From: Octopus bimaculoides
Taxonomy: Eukaryota
Reading direction: 5' to 3'
Assembly (NCBI RefSeq): GCF_001194135.2
Contig: NC_069005.1
Coordinates: forward strand, 8,592,486-8,656,485
Length of the DNA stretch: 64,000 nt
The notes under the pieces were generated by a model. The model searched no databases and was not told where the DNA came from. It saw nothing but the letters and a program-made list of their open reading frames with translations. Below, piece after piece: positions 50,617 to 64,000 of this stretch. Each line of letters starts with the position of its first letter. Position 1 is the stretch's first letter. The translations under genes were made by a program, and so were the position numbers.

Positions 50617-51251
50617 TTATTCATTTATACATATGTATGTATGTGTGTATATACAGACACATACGCACACAAATATCTAGATACACTGTGAGCTTCTATG
50701 AGCATGCTTGCCCACAATTTCTCTCTTAATCTCCATCAGCTCTTTACATACCACCCCCACAATCCTTCCCCCACCCCACAAACATATCATACGTGCATAT
50801 GTTTTTTTATATACGTACACACACGGACACATATGTATATATAAATGTATATATTGTATGTGTGTGTACATATATATATATATATATNNNNNNNNNNNNN
50901 NNNNNNNNNNNNNNNNNNNNNNNNNNNNNNNNNNNNNNNNNNNNNNNNNNNNNNNNNNNNNNNNNNNNNNNNNNNNNNNNNNNNNNNNNNNNNNNNNNNN
51001 NNNNNNNNNNNNNNNNNNNNNNNNNNNNNNNNNNNNNNNNNNNNNNNNNNNNNNNNNNNNNNNNNNNNNNNNNNNNNNNNNNNNNNNNNNNTATGTATAT
51101 CTGTATGTATGTATACATATATGTAATTATTATTATATAAAACAATATTTAAGACTTTCTGATACCAAAAATTATAATTTATTTTCTTTTAAGCCATGAG
51201 CTTGTTACTTGCTAATGAATTCAAGTATTTCTTTCTTTCTTTCTTTCTTTT

Positions 51252-51283
<32 letters not shown>

Positions 51284-52079
51284 CATGTTATTAATAGTTT
51301 TCATTTCGTTACTTCACTTTGCATATGTATGCATATGTGTATGTATCTATATATGTGTGCACAAGTAACTGTGTTTGTGTAAGTGTGTGTGTGTGTGTGT
51401 GTCTGTGTGTGTTTACATCTAATACATTTTTAACCATTGCTTTCTTTCTTTTCTCATTCGTTTTACTCACCCCTCTCCCAGATAGCTTCTTTTTCCTTTT
51501 TCCTCTTTTTTGTTTGTCATTTCTCTATTCCTTTAAACTCTGTCAAGATCAAGAAATAATCTTGTTTCAGCAATGATGCCTGTAATTGGTCTCAAACAGC
51601 CAATGTTTCTGCTCTCAGGCTAGTCAATTTGGAAACATATTGTACTGCCTAATAATCATCTAAAATAGTGTAGTGCTTGTTGTATAGGAAAGGTCAGAGA
51701 AAATTATAGTGGAGGGCAGTAACATAGTATAGAATAGTACATGGAACATTAGTATAGGATTAGGGAGTGTATAATTTAGTGTTGTATAGTAAATGTGCCC
51801 CAGTTGTTTGATCAACTGAGTTACCTGCTCCTTGAATTCATAATTCAGTAATTGAGTATTGTGCAAGAATGACTCTGTGGCTGCATATGACTTTAACATA
51901 TCCTTTATGTTCAAATTGGTAAGATCTGACCTTTCACACCTACCTTAGAATGTCATTTTAAACATAAAACAATCATACCATCGAAATCTCAAAGCTTCAA
52001 GATAATGCAGGATAAATTCAAAACAATGAGAAAAAAATAAGTATTACATTAGATTACACAAAAGGGTTGAACTATTTCC

Positions 52080-52440
52080 AGGAGTGGGGCCCTGATTCAG
52101 GAGTCCCAGGTTTTCAAGGAGTGTGGAGCCATCTCTTAGCCACTATTGTTTCAAGGTTTACTCTAACCTAGAGCAGTAGCATCTGTCATGGTTCCAGCTG
52201 TTTGGTTAGTTAGCCTATTAAGGCTTGGCTTCCTTTGCATGTGAAGACTGGATCCAGCAAATTTTGCAGAAGAAACCTTCATGGTTCAACAGAGAAGAAG
52301 ATAGCTGCAGCAATGCATTGTGGAGTGCGGAGAGTATGGCAAGGCAGGTAAGACATGCTGGTCATCAACTACACCCGTCTCCATCCCCAGTGGTCTTGGT
52401 ACTGGATTGAAGATGGTCAAGGGTGAAAAGGGGAGGATGA
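52080..52440 (+). repeat. Dispersed repeat, longer copy of the 39160 family
   Basis: Shared 5' block with 39160-39300. Confidence 0.65.
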
Positions 52441-52764
52441 TGGTGTGCAACTCATCTTCACTTTAAACAAAATCACTGCACAAGTCATGACTAGAGGGTT
52501 CTTGTCACTCTGACAGATCATCATAATTATACAGACATGAGTACCCTTGACTAAATTCTCTAGCTTGGATCAACGTGACAGGATGGAATTGGGGTGAGTG
52601 ATAAAACTGTACCTTTGAATTACATTACAAGGAAAACTAATAAGAGCTGGAGATAAGAGCATCCAATCATAGAATACTACCGCCATCAACCCTGTCCAAC
52701 CCATGCCAGCATGGAAAGATAGATGCAAAGAGGAACAAATCGTTGCTATTATGTTAAGCTGTCG

Positions 52765-53090
52765 TATGTCCAAATTTGGCCAAATGGATTTTTATCAATA
52801 TTTAATTTTGTTTGCAATAGCTGGTTCTGTTGGTCAAACTATCGTATCTCCAGCTGCTTCAGATTCCAAGATCTGAAAATGGTCAAAGTGTAGTACAACG
52901 GTTTAGCATTTTTCAAAAGTGTAATAAGTCCCACACATGACAGTTTAGCAAAGCTATTTCTGATTGAAAATATCATACATGCATGGAGTTACGATTTTGT
53001 GCATGCAACAAAGTATTATTTTAAAGCTGAAACTGTTGCTAACATAAAAAGAAATGGAATGGTGAAACTATTTTTTCATTTTCTGAAAAA
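52765..53090 (+). repeat. Dispersed repeat, long version (about 140 bp extra relative to the 48490 copy)
   Basis: Colinear with 48490-48680 except for an internal segment at about 52908-53052. Confidence 0.85.
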
Positions 53091-53189
53091 GCAATGTTTT
53101 GGACTTATGACACTTTTGCATAATAACAATGAAATGTATTGATACACAAACATACTTGTATACTCACAGATAGTTATGACAATGAGTGT

Positions 53190-53490
53190 TTCTGTTGATC
53201 TGATAAGCAGATCAGCCTGCTCAGGAAATTAACAAGCAAGTGGCTGGGTACTCCACAGACACACATGCCCTTAATGTAGTTCTCAGGGAGATTCAGTGTG
53301 ACATAGAATGTGACATTGTTGTCCCTTTGGTATTATTTAGTTTCTACTCAATTTTGCCATCTGAGTGGACAAGAGCAACATGAAATAAAGTGTCTTGCTG
53401 AAGGATGCAACACACTCCCAAGTATTGAACTCATGACCTTATGACTGTGAACTAAATACCCTAACCACTGAGCCATGCACCTTCGACAAA
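53190..53490 (-). mobile_element. Family D-related SINE
   Basis: ATGAAATAAAGTGTCTTGC...GAACTCATGACC...CTAACCACTGAGCCATGCACCTTC. Confidence 0.75.
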
Positions 53491-53516
53491 CACACACAAA
53501 GGTGAATGACAATACA

Positions 53517-53560
<44 letters not shown>

Positions 53561-54045
53561 TGAGATGACATGATCTTTGCTAGAATACCTGTGATCAAAG
53601 ATTTGGTAGCTGTAGTCAACAACCTTATTAAACTCAGGTATTTCCAATTCGATGATTAACCATTCCTAAGAATACAAGATCTTTATATTTATGGCAGGGT
53701 GAAGGTAAAGTCGTTTGATTGATTGATCAGTTTGTGTATGGGGTTCATTTTCCAAATGAATGTGTGTGTGTGTGTGTGTGTAATGGGTGTGTATGTGGGA
53801 GAGACATGCTGGCTCGGTGGCTTACACTGGATTTATTCATATTACTTGCTGTTAGCTGTCTCAAATTATCTTCTTCTTTAACTGGTTTGAGGTTTTACGA
53901 TACCAATCAACAGCTCCGAATATATTCTGAGATTAATGGGGCTTATGTGTTAGTGGCTATCCTCTCATCTGGCTGTCTATTATTTGTACTTACATACATA
54001 CATACTCCTTGTCTCTCTTTCTCTCTTGCTTGCTCTCTCATTCTC

Positions 54046-54080
<35 letters not shown>

Positions 54081-54522
54081 GTACACCTATGTATGGGGAT
54101 GTTTATATATGTGCATACATATAACTTTTATATATATATGTTTATATATGTATGTATGTATGTATGTAAATATGCATGTCTATGTATATCTGTGTGTGTA
54201 TGTATATGTTTGTAAATATACATATATATATTTATGTATATATATATAAATGTACCTGTAGACTTCTATATGTATGTATTAATGTGTCTATGTATGTGTA
54301 CATTCGTGTCTATGTGCATATGCATGTAATTACGCACAGGCATGTACGTGCATGTGCATATTTTTGCACACATGCATACATATATATATATGTATATATG
54401 CATGTGTGTGTGTATACATACACATACATACTGGCATACGATTTGATAGTGTATGTTTTATTTATGATGTGCCGGCATGTGAATACACACACATTTATGG
54501 AAAGAAATATTTGTATTTTCAC

Positions 54523-54578
<56 letters not shown>

Positions 54579-55095
54579 TACACAAGCACACAATGATGTA
54601 TGTATATGTATATTCATAGAAAATGGTGAACATCTTGGTATTCATGGATATGTGTGTTTGTGTGTGTATATATATACTCACACACACACACACATAGACA
54701 TATAAACTAATAGCACGATGCATTCTATTTTCTATGAATATACATACATTGGCATACACATACACTCACTCACTTATACAGACACACATACAAAACAGCA
54801 TTCAAGAATTTGGTCAAGTTTGCTGGCCAATACTGGAAAGGTGGAGGAACAATGGGAGACGTTCACCTAGCAAATTTTCTAAATACTTTCCAAGACATTG
54901 TTACAGCATTTAACACTTGTTGAATAAACACAATGTTTGATACTTTCGTTCTGTTCACTGGCTTTACTTCATCATCAAGATGGACTGACTTGCTCGAGAA
55001 AATCATTTCTTTGCTACTTCTATGCAGAACATTCCACTTTTATTTTTCACTTCACTCAACTTGAATTTCTTCTTTTGTTTGTTCGAAATTGATTA

Positions 55096-55140
<45 letters not shown>

Positions 55141-55817
55141 NNNNNNNNNNNNNNNNNNNNNNNNNNNNNNNNNNNNNNNNNNNNNNNNNNNNNNNNNNNN
55201 NNNNNNNNNNNNNNNNNNNNNNNNNNNNNNNNNNNNNNNNNNNNNNNNNNNNNNNNNNNNNNNNNNNNNNNNNNNNNNNNNNNNNNNNNNNNNNNNNNNN
55301 NNNNNNNNNNNNNNNNNNNNNNNNNNNNNNNNNNNNNNNNNNNNNNNNNNNNNNNNNNNNNNNNNNNNNNNNNNNNNNNNNNNNNNNNNNNNNNNNNNNN
55401 NNNNNNNNNNNNNNNNNNNNNNNNNNNNNNNNNNNNNNNNNNNNNNNNNNNNNNNNNNNNNNNNNNNNNNNNNNNNNNNNNNNNNNNNNNNNNNNNNNNN
55501 NTATTGCCTTGTATTTTATTGTAGGTTTGTTGTTTTTTCGTATTTTTTTCCGTTTTGGGTTTTGCATGTTTTTTTCTGTGTTTCCTTTTGCTTTTTTTTT
55601 TGTTGTTTCCTTTTCATTCTTGTACTCCTCCTTATATTTCCTTTCCACGGATCAGTGGTTTCTGTGTTTAAAGAAATTTGCAACTAAATTGGCTATTTAA
55701 AGAATATGAAAGGCCAAAGAAATTTCTGCTTAAATTACATCCATTTGTCAGCAAAATGATTAAAAAAACCTCCACAAAATAAAAAGTTGTATGTATATGT
55801 GTGTACATAAATACATA

Positions 55818-55857
<40 letters not shown>

Positions 55858-56166
55858 CATACATACACACTCTATATATGTATATACATGTGCATATATA
55901 TGTGTATATACATGTATATATTTAAATGTATCTATATACATGTATACATATACATGTATATATACATGTATATATATACATGTATATACACATGTAAATA
56001 TTTACATGTATATACACATGTACATAAACATAGACGTACATAGATACACATATATGTTTAAATCTATACGTGTATATACATCTATGTATGTATGTATGTA
56101 TGTATGTATGTATGTATGTATGTATGTATGTATGTATGTACATACGTATGTATGTATCTATCTTTC

Positions 56167-56197
<31 letters not shown>

Positions 56198-56751
56198 ATG
56201 TGTCTGTTTTGTGTGAGTTAGACAGAGTAGAGTAAATAAAAATTTAATCATTATTTTGTGAATTGATATTTGTCATTGTTAGAAGTAGAAGACGTACTCA
56301 AGTCTTTGGGTTTCAGAATACAATGTCTTCTCACCATTGCTTCACTCACATAAAACAGGTTGCAGTAGCTTCGATTAGATGGCTACTGTTATAGTCTTGA
56401 ATAGACTGTACTTTGGTTTCATAGATTAGGCTGTATATTTGGAGATAGATTTCAAGATGGAGAGTATGATGACAGATAAATAGATTGTTCATTTAACCTT
56501 ATTTTACTGGTGTTAGACATAATAATGCAGCCACGTTTGGGAAACTGCTTTAAAGTGTTCTATACAGTCCTGGATATCGACTTTCCTGTTTGGTTGGTCT
56601 ATTACTTATTTCATTTTACATACTGCTATTTGTGGTAGAAAAAAGCCAGTGTGGTGTATAGTGTAAACGTGTAAAGTGAACATCCACAACATTGTCACTA
56701 TCTTTCTACATCCTGTTGCATTTCACATGGATTTCTTTTTTTATCCCATAG

Positions 56752-56769
56752 AGTCCTACTGGTGTGTGT
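56752..56769 (+). CDS. Candidate 18-nt frame-preserving microexon (AGTCCTACTGGTGTGTGT)
   Basis: Strong acceptor atttctttttttatcccatag and consensus donor GTAAGT; length divisible by 3; no stop in any frame. Confidence 0.35.
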
Positions 56770-57254
56770 GTAAGTCTGCTTACTTTTCTTGGCTGTAACG
56801 TTTGGTCTGAAAAATTTGAATTTTATGTCAGGAATATGGAAATAAATACGATAAAGAATTGACATAAGGGGGAAATAATTCAGTCTGACATTAATACTGG
56901 TTTCTAATTAAGACCAGTCATTTTTGTGGGTAGGATACAGATGTCTCAGAAGAGACCCTTCCCCCACTTTTTACGCAAATCAGTGCACTAGCCTCTATAG
57001 TGTATAATTACTGACATCAAGCCACAGCATGCATAGGTCAGAACTGGGCCCCTAGACCTCTGAGTCCCGAGGCATTTGCCCAGACAGCATTGGGGAGGAT
57101 ATTAGTCAGTACCATTCACCTCAGAGAAGCAGAACATACTACAAGGCATTTTTTTTTTGATGCTCTTATAATTCAGATCGTTTGTTGTATTTGGACATTA
57201 ATACTGCAATATATTTGAAGGTGCTGATTTCATTCACCTCATACCGATATAAAG

Positions 57255-57286
<32 letters not shown>

Positions 57287-57409
57287 ACAATGAGCTTCCA
57301 TATAGTTTCCGTTTACTAAATTCCGTTGGTCCATCAAACCTGGCTTCCAAAATACTTGTGCAAAGTGTTGTATGTTGTGATTGAACATGAAGCCACATGG
57401 ATACTCTTT

Positions 57410-57815
57410 TATTCTTTTACTCTTTTACTTGTTTCAGTCATTTGACTGTGGCCATGCTGGAGCACTGCCTTTAGTCGAGCAAATCGATCCCAGGACTTAT
57501 TCTTTGTAAGCCTTGTACTTATTCTATCGGTCTCTTTTGCCGAACCGCTAAGTTACAGGGACGTAAACACATCAGCATTGGTTGTCAAGCGATGTTGGGA
57601 GGACAAACACAGGCACACAAACACACACACACATATATATATACATATGCATATATACGACGGTCTTCTTTCAGTTTACATCTACCAAATCCACTCACAA
57701 GGCTTTAGTCGACCCGAGGCTATAGTAGAAGACACTTGCCCAAAGTGCCACGCAGCGGGACTGAACCCAGAACCATGTGGTTGGTAAGCAAGCTACCTAC
57801 CACACAGCCACTCCT
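57410..57815 (-). mobile_element. Full-length family A SINE
   Basis: High similarity to 22858-23306. Confidence 0.9.
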
Positions 57816-57854
57816 GATAAATGATGAAATTTTTAAAACTGTGTCTAGCCTAGT

Positions 57855-58080
57855 TTAACCCTTTTGATATTCAACTTGCCTGAGACACCCTTGTTTTATG
57901 ACAGAGACTTCCTGTTTTGAAGCGATCTAAATGATACCTTCCATCAAGATCTCATGTTTATTTATGTTTCAAACACCAGTTTAATAATGACAGAGTTATG
58001 TCACTAAATACCTCATTATTTTAAAAATAATTGAAACGAAGACAGTGCATATCAACAGAAATATGGTAACAGTAGAGGTA
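57855..58080. mobile_element. TTAA-CCC-type non-autonomous DNA element
   Basis: Starts TTAACCCTTTTGATA; decayed right end GGTAACAGTAGAGGTAAG. Confidence 0.5.
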
Positions 58081-58439
58081 AGAATAACAAAAGGTAAAAA
58101 TAAGTAACTAAATAGAGAAATAAAACATTTAAACTCTAAGTTCTGTAAAGTTAGTTTGCAGAAATAATTATCTGGGTGGATAAACTTTCCATTCCAGCAT
58201 TAGTTAGCTTCAAGACCTATTGGAAGAAGAATTAATGTAAGTTCTTAGTAAAGTTGGTTCCATTGAAATAATGGTAAGCTTGAAGAGATCAATTGACCTT
58301 ACTGTCTTATCTTGGCTTGAAGGAGAACCATTCTTTTATGAAGCATACCTGAGGGCAAAGACATCAGACTAACCGTGACCCATTGAGACCCCAAGATGCA
58401 GGCTGCAGCCATTTTTTATAATTTATATATTCTGTGAAT

Positions 58440-58570
58440 GTGAAGGTATGTAGCTTAGTGGTTAGAGTGTTGCCTTCATGATCACTAACTAGATTGTAGG
58501 TTCAATTCCCAGATGAGGTGGCATATTATGTTCTTGAGCAAAACCCTTCATTTCACATTGCTCTGTAGGT
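58440..58570 (+). mobile_element. Family D SINE head
   Basis: GTGAAGGTATGTAGCTTAGTGGTTAGAG...GGTTCAATTCC...TTCTTGAGCAAAACCCTTCATTTCACATTGCTC. Confidence 0.7.
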
Positions 58571-59580
58571 GGAAAGGGTGGCAGAATTGTTGGTGTATTG
58601 ACAGAAATACTTTATGGTATATCCTCCAGCTCTCTATGTTCTGAGTTCAATTCCACCTGCCTGGAGAAAGCAATGGAAAATCACTGCAGTGTTCATCCAA
58701 AGTCTAGTTGATTGTATCAACCCCAGTGCACAACATTGACCCTTAAACTATGAAAAAGTAAATCAAATTTGGTGCTATTTGAACTGAGAACATGAAGACA
58801 GGAAATGCCACTAAGCATTTTATCCAGATAACCACCTTAATAATTATAACAACAGTAACAACAATAATAATAATAATAAGATCCATCATCGTTAGCACCT
58901 CAGGTATTAACTTCTGCTAGCTTTGTAACCCTCATTAGAATCGCCATTATCAGCATTAATAGCAACACCTCTTTCCAGTTCCAAATTACATAATCATTTC
59001 CAAATGACTAAGCACATCACAGTGTGAAAGAAAAGAACACACACNNNNNNNNNNNNNNNNNNNNNNNNCTGTCTCTCTCTCTCTTCCTCTCTCTTTCTCT
59101 CTCTCTCTCTCTCCCTCCCTCCCTCCCTCCCTCTCTCACACACACACACCTATAGCTTAATCCTTTCTGAACATTAACTTTGTCCTATCAACTTGTTTGC
59201 TGTTCATGGAGTAGCAGGATAAAAAAGATTATATTGGTTACGGGCTAAAGAACTTTCCAACCAAAAGTGTGTGTCCTTAGCTTTGAGTTCAGAACACAAA
59301 GAAGCAGAACAGATACAAGACATGCCATCTGATGTGCTGCTAATTCTATCCTAGGTCTGTTTCCTTATTCAGTAACCCTAAAAGAGTGAAAGGCAGTAGC
59401 TGGCCCAGATAGGATTTGAACTCATTGTGTGGACAACTGAAACAAGCACAGCAAAATTATTTTATCCTACACTGCAACATAAATATACACATGTACATAG
59501 ACTTAAATGCATGTACTTGTGTGTATATGCATGTATGCATGAATGTGTGTGTTTGCGTGAGTGTGTATAAGGAATACAGA

Positions 59581-59760
59581 AATGTTTACGGCTGGAACCC
59601 AGTCACCTTGTTCCTCTGCAAACAGGCACACACACACATACATGCATACATGCACATACTCTTATGCATGTGCACGTATGTGTGTGTGTGTGTGTGAGTG
59701 TAATAAACACAAGAATGTTTATGGCTGGAATCCAGTCAACCTTGTTCCCCCCTGCAAACA
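59581..59760 (+). repeat. Two tandem copies of a about 45-bp core embedded in GT/CA microsatellites
   Basis: AATGTTTACGGCTGGAACCCAGTCACCTTGTTCCTCTGCAAACA (59581) versus AATGTTTATGGCTGGAATCCAGTCAACCTTGTTCCCCCCTGCAAACA (59714). Confidence 0.85.
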
Positions 59761-61399
59761 TAAGCACAAACACACACACACACGCATACACGCACACACA
59801 CACATGCATGCACACACACACACACACACACACACACGTGAACATACTCATACACATGCACTTAGCTTTGAGGACATGTAAGCTGATGAATATAATCAGG
59901 TGTCAATCTGATTGTTTCAATCCATTAACAATCAGTAGAAAATTGCATTAGTGTACACAGATACCTATCTGTCGTTAATTCTCGATATCGTGGGCTTCAG
60001 TGTTAATGCCCTTCAGTTTGGCTATGCTAGTTTAATGCGATTCCACAATTGACGAGTGCATCGTCTGTAATTATTGATTCCCAGGCATTCTCAGAGTCCA
60101 TGGTTCATTGTGCAATGTTGCAATGGTCTTTCTCTCTGCTCAAGAGTAGTCTTGGCTGATAGAATATTCAGATGCTTGGGTAAAGGTATATATTGATGGT
60201 TCATGTCACACCCATGGCAGTGCTCTCATATAAATGTATGAAAGTACAAACCCATACATACAGACACATGCAAATATATTTCTATAAATATATTCATGTG
60301 TGTGTGTGTGTGTGTGTGTGTGATTACATGTGTGCATGTGTGGTGTTTTTTTTTGTTTTTTTTTCATTTGTTGGGTCTGAAATTAAAGGGCAATGCCTAT
60401 AGTTTGTGCAAGCTCTCTGAGACAGGCGATAATGAGGCTGTTAGTTTTCCTCTCTTGAACCATTCATTGTAAATCAACACTTGTGGAGGAAAGGCATGAT
60501 CAGTGAAGGAATTCCAAAGAGCCAACATTTCAAGAAAGAAAGGGCTACACATATTGGTTAGTTTAATATGTGGTTTCAGGGGTTTAGATACAGCATGGGT
60601 AATGAGAGGAAGGGCATTTAATTGTGGACCGACTCTGGAGTAGAACTGTGACCAAATCCATTTCAGCCATAGCCACTGTTATCTTTTTAGGGAGTGTATC
60701 TAGAATTGCATCACCAGATGTGTCCATCTTTTTTAAAGATGAGAATGTTGATAGAATTTTTAGGTTTTTGGATGATGTTTGTGCTGTGTCAGTACTGAGT
60801 GTATGTTATTTCCTATCACATCATCTCTGTTCAAGCATACCCAAAATGAAAGGCATTCCATCTGTGATGCTCCTATCTTTTTCTTCTGACACTGAAATAC
60901 ATATTACATTCACTAGTGTGCCCTTTTCAAAATGATTGGGTGTTGCTATAGGAACCCTTTTAGCATTGAGAGATAGATAGATAGACAGAGAGAGAGAGAG
61001 AGAGTTCATTTAGGCAGGTTTAGTGTTACTTTGGTGTTTCCAGGGCGTGAAACTATTTCTCCACACAAGTCAAACTAAATGAAGATACATGATTTCTCAC
61101 TCTGATGACAGAAGTAGGGAGAAAAATAAACAAGGCACGTGTGAACTGCTGATAAAACATACATTATTAGCTTGGATTACAATATGATGTCTGGGCAGTA
61201 TCACTAGTGTGAAGAGTTGTAGCTCTCTGCCCAGTTTGACTTATCCAAAGAAAAGGATGCTTGTTGTAAAAAGCAGAAACTCCAGAGCTAGAAGCTGCTG
61301 AAGTAAATAAACTTCTACAATTACTGTTCATGTTGAGTACTTCGTCCAACTGTTACTTATCAACTGGTATATATAAATATATAGGCACATAATATAATA

Positions 61400-61440
<41 letters not shown>

Positions 61441-61759
61441 NNNNNNNNNNNNNNNNNNNNNNNNNNNNNNNNNNNNNNNNNNNNNNNNNNNNNNNNNNNN
61501 NNNNNNNNNNNNNNNNNNNNNNNNNNNNNNNNNNNNNNNNNNNNNNNNNNNNNNNNNNNNNNNNNNNNNNNNNNNNNNNNNNNNNNNNNNNNNNNNNNNN
61601 NNNNNNNNNNNNNNNNNNNNNNNNNNNNNNNNNNNNNNNNNNNNNNNNNNNNNNNNNNNNNNNNNNNNNNNNNNNNNNNNNNNNNNNNNNNNNNNNNNNN
61701 NNNNNNNNNNNNNNNNNNNNNNNNNNNNNNNNNNNNNNNNNNNNNNNNNNNNNNNNNNN

Positions 61760-61806
<47 letters not shown>

Positions 61807-62241
61807 TCGTATATGTACATATGTGAGAATGTATATATCAAATAGACATGGTTGTTTTTACGTCTGGGATAAAGGAAACAACTTCAGCTGCAACCTGACA
61901 GGTTAAGGAAGTATCCATTTTCAATTAACTCTTTAATTCATTGTCATAATCTCAGATACAAACAAGACACCAGTACAAATAGGACAATCCCTTGCCATTA
62001 CAACTGCTCACCAGATTCTGCGATTTCGGTTCTTTTTTGTTTTTTTCTTTTTCTTTTTCTTTTTCTTTTTTTTTTCCCCACTTTGCAAATGGAGTTAATA
62101 ATAATGTTTGATGTATGTTCTTCTCTTCAGAGTTTGTTTAGCCTTTCATCCAGACTTGTCATTTCACAGGTCGCACCCTTGAGGGCTAGTTCTTAATTAC
62201 AAACTAGATTAAACGTATACTTGTTTGTTTGTGTGTATGTG

Positions 62242-62272
<31 letters not shown>

Positions 62273-62291
62273 ATGTGTATATATATATATA

Positions 62292-62346
<55 letters not shown>

Positions 62347-63884
62347 ATATGTAACATTTCCACTAGTTCTGTCATGAATATTGAAGGCTTAGTATAGGCT
62401 TGTTGATTATTGAAGCTGCAATTGCATAATCAATCATTTAATAAAAATAAAATAAAAATAAGTACACCTGCCTTGAAGATTCATGACATTCTTCCTTCAG
62501 TTCTTTTAACTTTTCCCTATACTTATTCTTATTATTCAATTTCTTCTTTTCCTCTTCCTCCTTCCCGTCTTTCTTTCATTAGTTTGTTCGTTCATTTATT
62601 CATTCATTCATTCATTCATTCTTTCCTTTCTCCAACCTTCAAAACCAATCAACAAACACAAGCAATATATCTATAACATTCAAACAGACACTGTTAGAAA
62701 GTGAGAGAGAGAGAGAAAGCGCGAGCTGGATGGAGGGGTGTGATTATATATGCAAGAAACAGAGAGAGATGGACAGCCAGAGAGACAGAGAGAGATGAGG
62801 AGAGCAACAGAAAGACAGACAGACAGAGACAGACAGAGAGAAAGAAAGTGTGATAATATATATATATATATATATATATANNNNNNNNNNNNNNNNNNNN
62901 NNNNNNNNNNNNNNNNNNNNNNNNNNNNNNNNNNNNNNNNNNNNNNNNNNNNNNNNNNNNNNNNNNNNNNNNNNNNNNNNNNNNNNNNNNNNNNNNNNNN
63001 NNNNNNNNNNNNNNNNNNNNNNNNNNNNNNNNNNNNNNNNNNNNNNNNNNNNNNNNNNNNNNNNNNNNNNNNNNNNNNNNNNNNNNNNNNNNNNNNNNNN
63101 NNNNNNNNNNNNNNNNNNNNNNNNNNNNNNNNNNNNNNNNNNNNNNNNNNNNNNNNNNNNNNNNNNNNNNNNNNNNNNNNNNNNNNNNNNNNNNNNNNNN
63201 NNNNNNNNNNNNNNNNNNNNNNNNNNNNNNNNNNNNNNNNNNNNNNNNNNNNNNNNNNNNNNNNNNNNNNNNNNNNNNNNNNNNNNNNNNNNNNNNNNNN
63301 NGGTGGTGGCGGAGGTGGTGGTGGACGAGGAGGAGGAGAGGAAAATAAATAAATAAATGGATGAATAAATGATAAAAGAATCGAGAAGAAAGAAGAGGAA
63401 AAAAATAAAAAGAAAGAAGTCGGATAGTGACACAATATATAGCAATTTATAGTGACGAAATAAATGAGTCTGCATAGTGAAACTAATGCTATAAAAGAAC
63501 ACATTTATATACAGTGTATGGACATGTGTATGCATACAGACACACACAGACATTTATATAAATGTGGATGTGCTTATACGAGTGTTTGTGTACATGTCTG
63601 TCTGTGTGTGTGCCTGTGTGCATATATATGTGTATATATGTGTGTGTGTGTCTGTATGCATATATACCTATATATATATATATGTGTGTGTGTGTCTCTG
63701 TGCGTATATACCTCTGTATGTATGTATGTATGTATGTACATACTCTGCCAAAGATTAACAATGAGAAACTCAGAGTAACAATGTGCAAGGTGAAGTTCCA
63801 TTTTCCAATGAATTATATCAATCTACGTTCAGTATAACAGTACTGAGTTTCTCTTTTCTCTGGTCCACAACATCTATCTATCTA

Positions 63885-63926
<42 letters not shown>

Positions 63927-64000
63927 TATACATACATATGTGTTTGTATATGTATATTTGATGTACATACACACATGTGCGTATGTGTGTATATATATAT

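Noticed and set aside
54935-54985. Minus-strand TTGATGATGAAG...GAACGAAAG hammerhead-like look
   Set aside because: No convincing helix II or helix I, and the core is imperfect.
54795-55035. Protein-like open frames on both strands (45-58 codons)
   Set aside because: Within chance length, with weak splice sites and no recognised homology.
58209-58372. LQDLLEEELM*VLSK...WLEGEPFFYEAYLRAK frame
   Set aside because: It has an internal stop, a weak acceptor and no recognisable family, so it could not be supported as an exon or pseudogene.
59883-59920. CTGATGA followed by an AATCAG/CTGATT hairpin
   Set aside because: No GAAA follows the stem and there are no helices I or III, so it is not a hammerhead.

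Overview
AT-rich, repeat-dominated animal DNA with about 15 N-gaps. The microsatellite density and the recurrent tRNA-derived SINE families suggest a coleoid cephalopod, probably octopus (inference). I could not identify any intact protein-coding gene. Almost all ORF-track entries are translations of microsatellites or N-gaps, so the window looks intronic or intergenic, with a few candidate small exons. Supported content: four SINE families (about 40 copies); decayed mariner (26.9-28.05 kb) and Tc1 (33.7-34.0 kb) transposases; an RTE LINE 3' fragment carrying a SINE with a 15-bp TSD; an R4/Dong-like LINE 3' end; and several MITE/foldback elements. The most notable signal is a set of minimal type-I hammerhead ribozyme motifs of the Penelope-like-element (PLE) kind, from four sequence-unrelated families (27886+, 38178-, 46179-, 46403-), plus two decayed copies. 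One is the 3' tail of a tRNA-headed (Pol III A/B box) element arranged as a head-to-head inverted dimer inside the mariner. Three lie co-oriented in adjacent (TA)n-bounded modules at 46.1-47.2 kb. All folds were read by eye and none has been tested for activity.
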